From the NCBI GenBank assembly GCA_963751565.1, contig CAVVVA010000005.1, positions 772,197-836,196 of the forward strand: DNA of 64,000 bases, in the 5' to 3' direction. A program made the translations under genes and the position numbers. The notes under the pieces were generated by a model. The model ran no database searches. It saw nothing but the letters and a program-made list of their open reading frames with translations, and had not been told where the DNA came from. Positions 41,211-52,099 of the stretch are shown in pieces; within the stretch, counting starts at the first letter, position 1, and each line of letters starts with the position of its first letter. This stretch comes from an uncultured Actinomycetes bacterium (GTDB lineage: Bacteria > Actinomycetota > Thermoleophilia > UBA2241).

Positions 41211-42217
41211 GCCGCGGACGGCCAAACGAAGATCGCCCGTCCGATGAATCCCTGAGCGCCGTGGTGACGACGTTCGAATCGGGGGGCGTCGTCGGACGCG
41301 CCCTGCGCTCCATACGAGCGCTGAGCCGCGACGCCGAGATCATTGTCGTAGACAACGCCTCACGACGGTCGCCGGTACCCAAGGAGACTGTCGGCCTGAC
41401 GAACGCAAAGCTTCTCGAGTCCGACTCGAACACCGGCTTCTCGCGCGCCTGCAACCGGGGAGCGGTCGCTGCGGGAGGGCGTTACCTCCTTTTCCTGAAC
41501 CCCGACGCCGAGCTCCTGTCGATTCCCCGAGAGCTCGATGGCCTGCGCGACAGCCACGGGCGGCTCGGGATCGTTGCACCCGCGCGCTTGCCGGGCCAGG
41601 CCCTGAGTCACGGCCTGGCCGCCGAGGCCGGAGCAGTGCGCGACCTGGCCGCCGTGCTGCTCACGCCGTATTGGCCGCGCGCGTGGGGCAGGCCGCCGTG
41701 GGCTTTTCGCCCCGGCAACGATTGGGCCTCCGGCGCCTGCCTGATCGTCGATCGCCGGGAGTTCCTCGACCTCGGTGGCTTCGGTGAGCGGTTCTTTCTG
41801 CTGTTCGAGGATCGCGAGCTGAGCCGGCGCTACCGACAAGCAGGGCTGCCGGTTCGGGAGGTCACGGGCTTCTCGTGCCGCCACGAGCTGGGCACATCCG
41901 TCGACGACGCCCCCAGAGACAGAGAAGTCCAGCGACGGTATCTCTGCATCCTCGGGCTCATCGAGTACTGGGGGGCGACGAGAGGCGAGAAGCCCGCCGC
42001 CCGGTTGGGACGGTTGCTGCTGCGCGGGCAGCGTCTGCTCGCCGGCGTCTCGGCGGTCCACGGCGCTGTGGCGCCACGGAGTCGCTTCGCGCGCAAGGCG
42101 CTAGTAGAGCGGGAGACCGCTGATCTTCTTGCCCGGGCCGAACCTCTGGAGGGCACCTTGCGGCTCGCCGCCGGGGTAGCGCGTGCCACTCTCGACCCGA
42201 CCGGAGCGCGCACGTGA
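41207..42217 (+). CDS. Family 2 glycosyltransferase
   Basis: AVVTTFESGG...IIVVDNAS...DAE GT-A signature. GTGA overlap with wzy-like stop. Confidence 0.7.
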   Translation: MSRGRPNEDRPSDESLSAVVTTFESGGVVGRALRSIRALSRDAEIIVVDNASRRSPVPKETVGLTNAKLLESDSNTGFSRACNRGAVAAGGRYLLFLNPDAELLSIPRELDGLRDSHGRLGIVAPARLPGQALSHGLAAEAGAVRDLAAVLLTPYWPRAWGRPPWAFRPGNDWASGACLIVDRREFLDLGGFGERFFLLFEDRELSRRYRQAGLPVREVTGFSCRHELGTSVDDAPRDREVQRRYLCILGLIEYWGATRGEKPAARLGRLLLRGQRLLAGVSAVHGAVAPRSRFARKALVERETADLLARAEPLEGTLRLAAGVARATLDPTGART

Positions 42218-43359
42218 GCGACGGACTCACCATCGCGTTCCTGCTGTGGGACGGACACGTCGGCGGCGCCGAGCGGCACACCGTCGAGCTTGCGGCCACC
42301 ATCGAATCCCTCGGCCTCGCACGCACCGCCGTCGTGTTCGTCGACTCGGGCCAGCCTGTCCTGGGCGCCGTGGCCGCAACCGGGAGGCCGGTCACCGCGG
42401 TGGAGTTCAATCTCGGCCGGGGACGCAACCTGCTTCTCCACAAGAGGCGGCCAGTGGCAATTCTGCAGCGGCTCGGCGTCGATGTTCTGTTTGCGCCGCT
42501 GCTCGGCTTCATTGGCCTTGCGCTGCGCGCCGGCGGCTACTCGGGGGCGCTCATCGGCGTGGAGCACGGCGCCATGCTCAACCCGGACGTCATATCCCCG
42601 CGAAGACGCTGGGTACATGCGCGCTCGCTCGCCACCATGGCACCGCTGTTCGACAGCTACGTAGCCGTCTCTGACGTCATGGCAGAGCGTGTGCGAGAGG
42701 CGCTCGGGCCGCCTTTCTCCGTCGCTACCGTGCATAACGGCGTCGATACCACGCGCTACGTTCCCAACGCTCGTCGTGCCGACGATGGGACCTTCTGCGT
42801 GGGGGTGGCGGCCCGGCTCGTCCCAGGCAAGGGCGTTCGCGAAGCGATTCTCGCCCTCGAGCCCCACCTGGATGGGTGCGAGGTGAGACTCCGCGTTGCC
42901 GGCGACGGTCCGATGCGCTCGGAGCTCGAAGACCTCGCGCGCTCGCGAGGAGTGCTCGCCGGCGTCGAGTTCATGGGCATGGTGAGCGACATGCCGGCGT
43001 TCTGGCGGGGCTGCGATATCGCCGTGCACGCGGCCAACGGCTGGCAGGAGTCGTTCTGCCTCGCCGTCGCCGAGGCCCAGGCATGCGGTCTCCCCGCGGT
43101 CGTCAGTCGCGCCGGTGCCCTGCCGAGCGTCGTCGCCGACGGCCAGACCGGCATCGTCGTCGAACCGGGAGACATCGACGGGCTGCGGCGGGCCATTGCC
43201 CTCTACGCGGGCGATGAGCAGCTCCGCGTTGCCGTCGGAGCGGCCGCACGGTCACGCGCCTGCCGCATGTTCAGTCTCGACCGAGCTGCCCGCGACTACG
43301 TGGGCGTCGCGTGCGACCTGCTGGAGCGAAGGCGCGCGACCGCGGCTGGTGCGAGGTGA
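42214..43359 (+). CDS. Family 4 (GT-B) glycosyltransferase
   Basis: C-terminal GT1/GT4 motif EGFPTVLAEA-like region (ESFCLAVAEAQACGLPAV). GTGA overlap. Confidence 0.7.
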   Translation: MSDGLTIAFLLWDGHVGGAERHTVELAATIESLGLARTAVVFVDSGQPVLGAVAATGRPVTAVEFNLGRGRNLLLHKRRPVAILQRLGVDVLFAPLLGFIGLALRAGGYSGALIGVEHGAMLNPDVISPRRRWVHARSLATMAPLFDSYVAVSDVMAERVREALGPPFSVATVHNGVDTTRYVPNARRADDGTFCVGVAARLVPGKGVREAILALEPHLDGCEVRLRVAGDGPMRSELEDLARSRGVLAGVEFMGMVSDMPAFWRGCDIAVHAANGWQESFCLAVAEAQACGLPAVVSRAGALPSVVADGQTGIVVEPGDIDGLRRAIALYAGDEQLRVAVGAAARSRACRMFSLDRAARDYVGVACDLLERRRATAAGAR

Positions 43360-44513
43360 CGGCCCGGCTGCATATCGCCATGGTCGTGTCGCTCAAGGGC
43401 GGGATGTCGCCGTTCACGCGGCGCGACGTCGAGTCGATCCTTGGAGCCGGGCACACTGTCGATATCCTGCCGGCCAGGGCGGAGCCGGGGCGACCGGTTC
43501 CCACCGGCGCTCGGGTTCTGCTGGCGCGCTATCTCCCGCGCGCGCTCTGGAGCATCGTGGGGCTGGTGCGAGCGCTCGCCGAGCGTCCGGGGCGCCGGCT
43601 GCTGGGCGACGCGTTTCGCGATCTCGAGATCGTCAGCGTGCTGAACGCCTGCGCCTTCTACGGTCGGCTGCCCCATCCGCCTGACCTCGTCTACGCGGTC
43701 TTCGGCGACCGCAAGCTGTTCACCGCTTACTACCTGAGCTTGCTGTGGCGCCGGCCGCTCACGGTCACGATCCACGCCTACGAGCTCTACGACAATCCCA
43801 ACCCCCTCGTGTTTCGCAAGGCTCTCGGCCGTTGCCAGAAGATCATGACCGTCACGGACTACAACCGGCAGCTGCTTTCGACCGAGTGGGGCATCGACCC
43901 ATCCCGCGTCGAGGTCGTGCGCATTACGGTGGACGAAGAGCTGTTTCGAGCCACTCGACCCTTCGTGGTCCTCTGCGTCGGCTTCGTCAGCTTCAAGAAA
44001 GGTCACGCGACACTCTTTGAGGCGGTTCGCCTTCTCGACGACCCCGACGTCGAGATCTGGATCATCGGAGGCGCCGGCGGTGCGCACCCGGCTGATCCCC
44101 TGGCTCTCGCCGAGCAGCACGGCGTTGCCAGACAGTGCGTCGCGCTGGGCTGGCAATCGGAGCAGGCCGTGGGAGCCCTGATGAGGCGGGCTGACGTGCT
44201 TTGCGCTCCGTCACGAACTGATCCGGAGGGCCGCAAGGAAGGGTTTCCGACGGTGCTCGCAGAGGCCATGCACAGCGGCCTGCCCGTCATCTCGACGCGG
44301 CATGCCGAGATCCCCTCGATAGTGCCGACCATCATCGTCGCTGAGGATTCCCCGCAGGAGCTGGCGGCCGCCATCGCTCGCTACAAGGCCGATGCCGGAC
44401 TCCGCCAGACCGACGCCGACAGGAACCGTATAATCGCCGACGAGCTGTTTCTGGAGGCTCCTCGTCGGGACCTGCTCCGCGTTCTTGGAGAGGTTGTCGA
44501 TGGCCTCGGGTAG
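43356..44513 (+). CDS. Family 4 (GT-B) glycosyltransferase
   Basis: EGFPTVLAEAMHSGLPVIST motif. GTGA overlap with upstream gene. Confidence 0.7.
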   Translation: MTARLHIAMVVSLKGGMSPFTRRDVESILGAGHTVDILPARAEPGRPVPTGARVLLARYLPRALWSIVGLVRALAERPGRRLLGDAFRDLEIVSVLNACAFYGRLPHPPDLVYAVFGDRKLFTAYYLSLLWRRPLTVTIHAYELYDNPNPLVFRKALGRCQKIMTVTDYNRQLLSTEWGIDPSRVEVVRITVDEELFRATRPFVVLCVGFVSFKKGHATLFEAVRLLDDPDVEIWIIGGAGGAHPADPLALAEQHGVARQCVALGWQSEQAVGALMRRADVLCAPSRTDPEGRKEGFPTVLAEAMHSGLPVISTRHAEIPSIVPTIIVAEDSPQELAAAIARYKADAGLRQTDADRNRIIADELFLEAPRRDLLRVLGEVVDGLG

Positions 44514-45717
44514 GGAACCGGGGGGCCGCCTCCTCATGGTGGTGCACAACGGGTACCCGGTCGGTGAGCCGCGTGTGCGCCGACAGGCAGAGGCGGCTGT
44601 GGCAGCCGGCTGGTCGGTAGACGTGTTCGCCCTCGCAACTGTCGGGAGGCCGAATCGTGAGGTGTTCGGCGGCGTGCGGGTCTTCCGCTCTCGGGTGCGG
44701 CGCCTGCGCGACCTATCGTCGCGAGGGATGCTCAGCGAGTACGGTCGTTTTTGCCTCGACACGTTCCTCTTCTGCCTGAAGGCGCCGCGATACGACGCGG
44801 TCGTTGTCGCCAATCCACCCGATTTCCTGGTGTTCTCGGCGTGGCCGCAGCGGCTCCGCGGCGCCCGGATCACTCTCGACGTGCACGACCTCATGACCGA
44901 TCTCTTTGCGGTGCGCACGGCGGAGGACCCGGACAGTTTTCGGATGCGCGTCCTGAGGTTGGTCGAACGACGCTCGATGTGCTGGGCCGATCAGGTCATG
45001 ACCGTTCACGCTTCCTACGCCGCCGAGATCCGCAAGAGGGCTGGGGGCGAGACTGCGCCAACCGTCGTGATGAACACGGCGGACGAGGCGTTGTTCACGC
45101 GCCGCCTGTGCGTCCCGCCGGGGCCGAAGACGATCGTGTACCACGGCAGCATGTTCGAGCGTTACGGCGTCCTCGACCTTTTGACCGCTTTCCTGCAGGT
45201 CTCGGAGGCAGATCCGGAGGCGCGACTCTGGATGCTGGGCGGCGGCGATGCACGTGGGGCGCTCGAGCGCATGGTCCGATCCTGCCGCATGGACGGTCGG
45301 ATCGACCTGTCGCGCGAGTACCTGCCGGCCGAAGCGGTCGCCGAGCGCCTCGCTCTCGCTCACATCGGTGTCGTTCCAAACCAGCCGAACGAATTGAACC
45401 GCTACGCTCTGTCCACCAAGCTCTTCGAGTACGTGGCGGTCGGCATCCCGGTCGTCTGCGCCGGGTTGCCGACCATTCGTGAGTACTTTGGTGCCGACGA
45501 GCTCCTCTTCTTCGAGCCCGGAAACGTCGCGGATCTCTCCGCCAAGTTGCTTTGGGCCCTCAGCCACTACGACGACATGGTCGAAAAGGCTGCGACCGCC
45601 GCAACCCGATACGAGCGGCACTACGCATGGAGACTGCAAAAGCAGCACTTCCTGGAGGCGATAGCGTCGCCCTCAGTCATTCTTTCTGGACAAGCACGGA
45701 GCGTCCATGGTGGGTGA
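44500..45717 (+). CDS. Family 4 (GT-B) glycosyltransferase
   Basis: GT4 C-terminal domain (..STKLFEYVAVGIPVV..). 14-nt overlap with upstream gene. Confidence 0.65.
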   Translation: MASGREPGGRLLMVVHNGYPVGEPRVRRQAEAAVAAGWSVDVFALATVGRPNREVFGGVRVFRSRVRRLRDLSSRGMLSEYGRFCLDTFLFCLKAPRYDAVVVANPPDFLVFSAWPQRLRGARITLDVHDLMTDLFAVRTAEDPDSFRMRVLRLVERRSMCWADQVMTVHASYAAEIRKRAGGETAPTVVMNTADEALFTRRLCVPPGPKTIVYHGSMFERYGVLDLLTAFLQVSEADPEARLWMLGGGDARGALERMVRSCRMDGRIDLSREYLPAEAVAERLALAHIGVVPNQPNELNRYALSTKLFEYVAVGIPVVCAGLPTIREYFGADELLFFEPGNVADLSAKLLWALSHYDDMVEKAATAATRYERHYAWRLQKQHFLEAIASPSVILSGQARSVHGG

Positions 45718-45923
45718 CAGTCATCGTGCCGGCTGTGCGCTGATCACAGGAGCGACGGGCTTCATTGGTCGTCACCCGATCAACGCGCTCGGCTTCCGGC
45801 CTCGGGTCAGTCTTGCCGATGGCCTTCACGGGTGCCGGTCAGAGTGAGATTCCGATATCGCGCGGGGGCCGCTGCGCTCGGCGCGGGTGACCGCCGGCAA
45901 GTCGTCGAGCCCAGGAGCTGACC

Positions 45924-47102
45924 GTGAACGTCCCCTTCGTCGACCTGAAGGCGCAGTCGCGCGAGCTGCACGACGAGTTCGAGGCGGCGATCTGGTCGGT
46001 CATCGACCGGGCCGCCTACACGCTGGGACCGGAGCTGCAGCAGTTCGAGCACGACTTCGCCGCGCTCTGCGGCTGCGATCACGCCGTCGGGGTCAGCTCC
46101 GGCACCGATGCGGTCAAGCTGGCGCTGCTCGCGGCGAACGTGAGCTCCGGCGACGAGGTGTTCGTACCGGTCAACACGTTCATCGCCACCGCCGAGGCCG
46201 TAAGCCACATCGGCGCGGTGCCGGTGTTTGTCGACTGCCTCGAGGAGACCGCCCTCATCGACCCCGCCGCGCTCGAGGCCGCCGCCGAGGAACACGAGGG
46301 CCTCGCCACGGCGGTCGTGCCGGTTCACCTCTACGGCCAGCCCTGCGACATGGACGCGATCCAGAAGGTCGCCGACCGCTACGATCTCGCGGTGGTCGAG
46401 GACGCCTGCCAGGCGCACGGCGCGGCCTACAAGGGGCGGCCGTGCGGCAGCATGGGCATCACGGCCGCCTTCAGCTTCTATCCCGGCAAGAACCTGGGAG
46501 CGCTGGGCGACGGCGGTGCGGTCACCACGCGAAGCGCCGAGCGGCCGAGCGCCTGCGCCTGCTGCGCAACCACGGCCAGGCCGACAAGTACACGCACGCG
46601 GCTGGTCGGCTACTGCGACCGCCTGCACAACCTGCAGGCGGCGCTGCTCAGCGTGAAGCTGGCGCACCTCGCCGACTGGAACGAGGCGCGGCGCGCGGCC
46701 GCCGGCGCTACGCGAGCCGGTCTAGGGGAGTAGGCCGGCGCTGCGGCCGATGGCATTCAGCGACGACGCGACGCCCGTGTACCACCTCTACGTGGTGCGC
46801 CTCGTGGGCTGCGACGCGACCTTGCGCGACGACGCTGCGCGAGCGCCTCGCCGCGGCCGGCATCGAGACCGGCATCCACTATCCCGTGCCACTGCACCTG
46901 CAGCCCGCCTACGCGCATCTTGGCTACCGCGCGAGGCGAGTTCCCCGTGGCCGAGCGGCTGGCCGCCGAGATCCTCTCGCTGCCGATGTTCCCCGAGATC
47001 ACGGCCGAGCAGCAGGAGCACGTGGTCGCGACGCTGGCACTCGCCCGTCGACGCTGGGGCCGGCCGGCTGAGCGGCCGTTCCCTGGGAGCACGGCCGTGT
47101 AA
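45924..47102 (+). pseudogene. DegT/DnrJ/EryC1/StrS sugar aminotransferase (WbpE-like), at least 4 frameshifts
   Basis: Motifs scattered across three frames: DGGAVTT..LRLLRNHGQADKYTH / GYCDRLHNLQAALLSVKL / HLYVVRL / IETGIHYPVPLHLQPAY / FPVAERLAAEILSLPMFPEI. Confidence 0.7.
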
Positions 47103-47129
47103 GACGGGCGCGCGCGACCGCGCACGGCG

Positions 47130-48556
47130 CCGGATGCCGGCGCTGCGTCTCGACGTGCGCGGCCCTCCCCGGCCGCCTACTTCGTGGCCCTCGCCATCCG
47201 CGACGGGACGCCCTTCGGCCATCTCCTGCTCGCGGGGCACGCTGCGTCACCGACTGGTCGCTGTGCGTCATGGTCGTGGCCACTGTGCTTTCGTTTGCCG
47301 GCTTCGGCCTCTATAGAGCCGAGGTCTACGTCAGCCGGCCGCTGCTGCTGCGCACGCTCGTCAAGGCGCCGTGACGGCGCTCATTGTCTCCGCGGTCACG
47401 GTGTACTTCGTCAAGTCGCCCTACGTCAACCAGTCGCGGTTCCTGCTGCTCGGCACCTTCGCCCTGTTCGTCGCGCTCTGCTCCCTGCTGCGCCTGTCGC
47501 TCCCCGCTCGCGCGTACCGGCGCAAGGTCGCCGAGCAGCGGCCAGTCGTGCTCGTGGTCGGCCAGTCGGCGCGCTCCGAGCTGCTCAAGCGCCGTCTCAG
47601 CGACCTGTGCGGCTTCAGCCGCTGAAGCGGTCGTCTGCGACGGCGGCGTGCGCGGCCACGTCTGCAGGCGCCGAACGGAGCCTGGACCAGGCGCGGCCGC
47701 CGGGCCGCGCCGTTCACGCCGTCTTCATCGACGCCGGCGGCGCTGCCGCTGCAGGGCGTGCTGCCCTCGTCGAGCTGGTCCGCGCACGCCGCGGCTGTGA
47801 GGTCTACGTCGTCTCGGACTCGCTGGCCGCTGCGACCCACGCGACTGCTCTGCGACGCTCTTCGAGGCCCCGGTGATGCGTATCCGCCGGCGGCGCCCAA
47901 CGGCGCGGTGCGCCGCGCCAAGCGCGTGCTCGACGTCGCTGCTCTCATCGATCGGCCTCGTCGGTCGCCCTGCCGCATGGCCGCCATAGCCGCCGCCATC
48001 AAGCTGAGCTCGCGGGGTCCGGTCTTCTACCGCGACGAGCGGGTCGGGCCTGCGCGGCCGCACCGTTCGCGTTCCTAGAAGTTCCGCACCATGGTCGTCG
48101 GCAACGACGCCACGAGCAGCATCGCGACCTACGTGACCGCGCTCTCATCGCACGGACAGACACTGCACGCCTGCGACTTGCGCGACCCAGAGGAGCACGT
48201 GCCGTTCTTCAAGATCGCCGATGACGGCCGCGTCACCCGGTCGGCCGCCTTCTGCGCCGCTACTCGCTCGACGAGCTGCCGCAGCTCTGGAACGTGCTGC
48301 GCGGCGACATGAGCCTCGTCGGACCGCGGCCCCCGCTGCCCTACGAGGTCGAGGCCTACACCGACTGGCAGCGCCAGCGCCTGCAGGCGCTGCCCGGCGT
48401 CATCGGGCTGTGGCAGGTCGGCGGGCGCAGCCGCGTCAGCTTCGACGAGATGGTCTTCCAGGACGTCTTCTACGCGACCAACCAGTCCCCGCTGCTCGAC
48501 TGGCCATCTGCCTGCGCACTGTCGGCGCGGTCATCAACGGCCGCGGGGCGATGTGA
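47130..48556 (+). pseudogene. Polyprenyl-phosphate sugar phosphotransferase (WbaP/CpsE-type priming transferase), at least 3 frameshifts
   Basis: TM N-terminus (frame of 47371), then ..SRGPVFYRDERVGPA / KFRTMVVGNDA / LPQLWNVLRGDMSLVGPRPPLPYE...DEMVFQDVFY / LAICLRTVGAV in different frames. Confidence 0.65.
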
Positions 48557-48572
48557 GCGAGGCGGGGCCGAC

Positions 48573-49655
48573 GTGACGACCGTGGCGCTCATCGGCTGCG
48601 GCTACTGGGGCCCGAACCTGCTGCGGAACTACATGGAGCTGCCCGGCGCCGGTCCACCTGGGTGGGTGTCCTGACGCCTCGACGGCGGCCTCGACGAAGG
48701 CCAGCGCGCGACTACCCCTCCATACTGACCACGACCGACGTCGATGACGTGCTCGGCCGACCCGACGTCGAGGCGGTCGCTCGTCGCCACGCCGATCTCG
48801 ACGCATCATGCCCTCGCCGTGGCGGCGCCTCTGAGCGCCGGCAAGCACGTCTTCGTCGAGAAGCCGATCGCCGCGTCGGTCGGCAGAGGCCGCGGAGCTC
48901 GTCGAGCCCTCGCCGACGCAGCCGGGACCTCACGCTCATGGTCGGCCACACGTTCGTCTACAGCCCGCCGGTGCGCAAGGTCAAAGCAGATCATCGACAG
49001 CGGCGAGCTCGGCGAGATCCGCTTCGTCACCAGCCAGCGCGTCAACCTCGGCCTTCACCAGAAGGACGTGAGCGTGATCTGGGACCTCGCGGCGCACGAC
49101 CTGGCCATCCTCGACTACTGGCTCGGGCGAGATGCGGCCGCGCGACGCAGTCCGTCGGTCAGCGTCACCGGCCGCGGCTTGCGTGCGCGCCGAGCATCCC
49201 CGACGTCGCCTTCGTGAACCTGCGGTTCCCCTCCGGCGTCGTGGCCTCGATCCACGTCTCCTGGCTTTCCCCGGTCAAGCTGCGCCGCACCATGGTCGTC
49301 GGCAGCAGAAGATGCTCGCTCTACGACGACACCGAGCCGTGGAGAAGGTCAAGCATCTTCGACCACGGCGTCGACTTCCGGGAGCCGACTACGTTCGACG
49401 AGTTCCAGCTGAGCTACCACACCGGCGACATCGTCGCCCCGAGGCTCGACACGAGCGAGCCGCTGCGCATCGAGGCGGAGCACTTCCTCGAGTGCGTCGA
49501 AAGCGGCGACCAGGCCGCTCACCGACGGTGCCGCGGGCCTGCGCGTGGTGCGCGCGCTCGAGGCGGCCGAGGCATCGCTGAGCGACGGCGTGCATGCCCG
49601 CGTGCCGGTCGGCGCCGAGGCCGAGATGACCGGCGCCGCGGTGGTCCTCCGGTAG
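48573..49655 (+). pseudogene. Gfo/Idh/MocA-family NAD-dependent sugar dehydrogenase (WbpB-like), at least 3 frameshifts
   Basis: VALIGCGYWGPN Rossmann start, then ..HALAVAAPLSAGKHVFVEKPIA.. / ..MVGHTFVYSP.. / ..FVNLRFPSGVVASIHVSWLSPVKLRRTMVVGS.. in shifting frames. Confidence 0.65.
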
Positions 49656-49699
49656 GTGGCCGCGGCAACGAGCGCACCGGCCTGAGCTGACGGCAGCCC

Positions 49700-50344
49700 A
49701 GGTCTACGCCGGGGTAGTTGTCGGGCAGCGGCGCCGACCTGCAGGCCGCCCTGCATCGTCGGCAAGGCGCCGCGCGGCGCGCTCCGAAGGCGAGCTGCCG
49801 CTCACCATCGGCGTCGACGCCATCGTGCGCCCGTTCACCACGATCTACGCCGGCAGTGTCATCGGCGACCGCCTGCAGACCGGGCAGGGCGCCTCGATCC
49901 GCGAGGACAACACCTTCGGCGACGACGTCTCCATCGGCACCAACGTGTGCATCGAGTTCGGCAACCGAGTCGGCGATCGGGTGCGCATCCACTCCGGCTG
50001 CTACCTGGAGTTCGTGACGATCGAGGACGACGTCTTCATCGGTCCCAACACCGTCTTCGCCGGACGACCCCCACCCGATGAACTGCCCGCGCTACACGGA
50101 GTGCCGCGGCGCGGTCGTGGTGCGCCGTCTGGCTCGCATCGGCGCCAACGTGACCATCATGCCCGGCGTGGAGATCGGCGAGGACTCGCTGGTCGGCGCC
50201 GGGTCGGTGGTGGCCGACGACGTCCCGCCGGGGGCCGTCGTCGTCGGCAACCCCGCCCGGGTGGTGAAGACCGTAGCCGACCTCACCTGCCCGCCCGGTT
50301 TCTTCGAGCGGCCGTACGTCTGGCCCCCCTATGTGGGCACGTGA
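49700..50344 (+). pseudogene. Hexapeptide N-acetyltransferase (WbpD-like), one frameshift near 50060
   Basis: ..RPFTTIYAGSVIGDRLQTGQGASIRE..VFIGPNTVFA then, in another frame, RIGANVTIMPGVEIGEDSLVGAGSVVADDVPPGAVVVGNPARVV. Confidence 0.6.
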
Positions 50345-50402
50345 GCGCCTTCGGCCGATGGCAGGACGATGACAGGTCGTCCCCGATGTTCTGGAGATCA
50401 AC

Positions 50403-52091
50403 GTGGCTGACCTGAACGGCGAAGCACAGGGCATGACGGCGCGCGACTACGTCCGGGTCCTCCTCCGGCGTCTGTGGCTCATCGTCCTCATCGCGGCGGT
50501 GGCCGCCGGCGCCGCGTTCTACCTGTCCGTGCTACAGACGAAGATGTACCAGGCGACCGCCAAGATCATCTACGCACCACAGCTCTCCACACAGGCGACC
50601 GGCCAGGCCGCGATCGATCCGTACGGGCAGCAGGACGCCCTGCAGAGCGTCGCCACCTCCATCAACAACCCGGTCCTGCAGAAGCGCACCGCGGCTCTGG
50701 TCGGGCAGCAGGCGCCCGGGCCGGCGGCGTACAAGCTCACGGCCCAGTCGGAGGGCACGGCCACCGCCACCAACCTGGTCAACGCGGTGGTCGACATCAC
50801 CGCCACCAGCAGCGCGCCTCGAACGGCGCAGGTCGCCGCCAACGCCTATGCCGCGTCGTTCATCGCCGTGCGCAAGCAGACACAGGTGGCCCAGCTGAGC
50901 AACGCGCTCGATACACTCAAGGGTCAGATGGCGACCTTCACGACGGCCGCTGCCAAGGAGAGCTCGAGCTACCTGCTGCTCACCCAGACCGCCCAGAGTC
51001 TCGAGGTCCGCGTGGCCACGGCGACGGGCGACTTTAGTGTCGCCGTGCCGGCTACTCTGCCGATCTCGCCCTACAAGCCGCGGCCGCTGCGCAACGCCAT
51101 CCTCGGTCTGGGCGTGAGCCTGTTCGTTGCCATCGGCCTCGTCTTCCTGCTCGAGCAGTTCGACACGAAGCCGCGCTCGCATCGCGAAGTCTCCGAGATC
51201 CTGGGCCTTTCGGTCGTCGGGCGCGTGCCGCGCATCGACAGGAAAGCGATCGCCGCCGATCCGCTCGCCGGCGTACACAATGCAAGCGGCGCGGCCGCGG
51301 AGTCGCTGCGCCTGCTGCGCAGCAACCTCGACTACCTCGACGTCGACGGCGCGCTGTCGACCGTCCTGATCACGAGCTGCCTGCCCGGCGAGGGCAAGTC
51401 CGTGACCGTCTGCAACCTGGGCGTCACGCTGGCCATGGGTGGGCACCGCGTCGTCATCATCGACGCCGACCTGCGACGGCCCAGCGTGCACCACTACATG
51501 GGCCTGCAGAACACGACGGGCCTGTCGAGCGTCGTGGCCGGCAAGGTACCGCTGGTCGAGGCGCTGCAGGGCTACAACCTGCCGCCGCTCGACTGGAGCT
51601 CGAACGGTGGCGGTCACAACGGCAACGGGTCCAAGCCCTCCGTCGGCGCCGCGAACGCCACGGTCGCCACCGGCGCTGCGAACGCCGCCGGCGCGAGCGC
51701 TGCAGCCGCGAGCGCCCCGATCGCCGCCACCAGCGAGAAGCGCAAGCTCTACGTCCTCACGTCGGGGCCGCTGCCGCCGAATCCCGGCGAGATCGTCGCC
51801 TCGAAACGCTTCGAAGCTGTGCTCGCCGAGCTCAAGAGCGCGAAGATCGACTTCGTCCTCATCGACACGCCGGCGTTCGGTTCGGTGTCCGACGCGGCGG
51901 CGATCGCTCCGCACGTCGACGGCGTCCTCGCGCTCGTGAACATGGACGGCGCGACGAGGCCGATGCTCACGGAGGCCCGCGAGTTCCTCGACCAGCTCCC
52001 CACCCGAAAGCTCGGCGTGATCATCGTGCGCGAGAAGATCACGCGCAGCGGCTACCACCACTCCTACTACGCGTACTCGAGCAGGGCGTAG
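50403..52091 (+). CDS. Polysaccharide co-polymerase / BY-kinase (Wzc-like): Wzz domain, P-loop ATPase domain, C-terminal Tyr cluster
   Basis: Two TM segments flanking a periplasmic domain. Walker A SCLPGEGKS, Walker B VLIDTPA, tail SGYHHSYYAYSS. Confidence 0.8.
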   Translation: MADLNGEAQGMTARDYVRVLLRRLWLIVLIAAVAAGAAFYLSVLQTKMYQATAKIIYAPQLSTQATGQAAIDPYGQQDALQSVATSINNPVLQKRTAALVGQQAPGPAAYKLTAQSEGTATATNLVNAVVDITATSSAPRTAQVAANAYAASFIAVRKQTQVAQLSNALDTLKGQMATFTTAAAKESSSYLLLTQTAQSLEVRVATATGDFSVAVPATLPISPYKPRPLRNAILGLGVSLFVAIGLVFLLEQFDTKPRSHREVSEILGLSVVGRVPRIDRKAIAADPLAGVHNASGAAAESLRLLRSNLDYLDVDGALSTVLITSCLPGEGKSVTVCNLGVTLAMGGHRVVIIDADLRRPSVHHYMGLQNTTGLSSVVAGKVPLVEALQGYNLPPLDWSSNGGGHNGNGSKPSVGAANATVATGAANAAGASAAAASAPIAATSEKRKLYVLTSGPLPPNPGEIVASKRFEAVLAELKSAKIDFVLIDTPAFGSVSDAAAIAPHVDGVLALVNMDGATRPMLTEAREFLDQLPTRKLGVIIVREKITRSGYHHSYYAYSSRA

Positions 52092-52099
52092 GAGACGAG

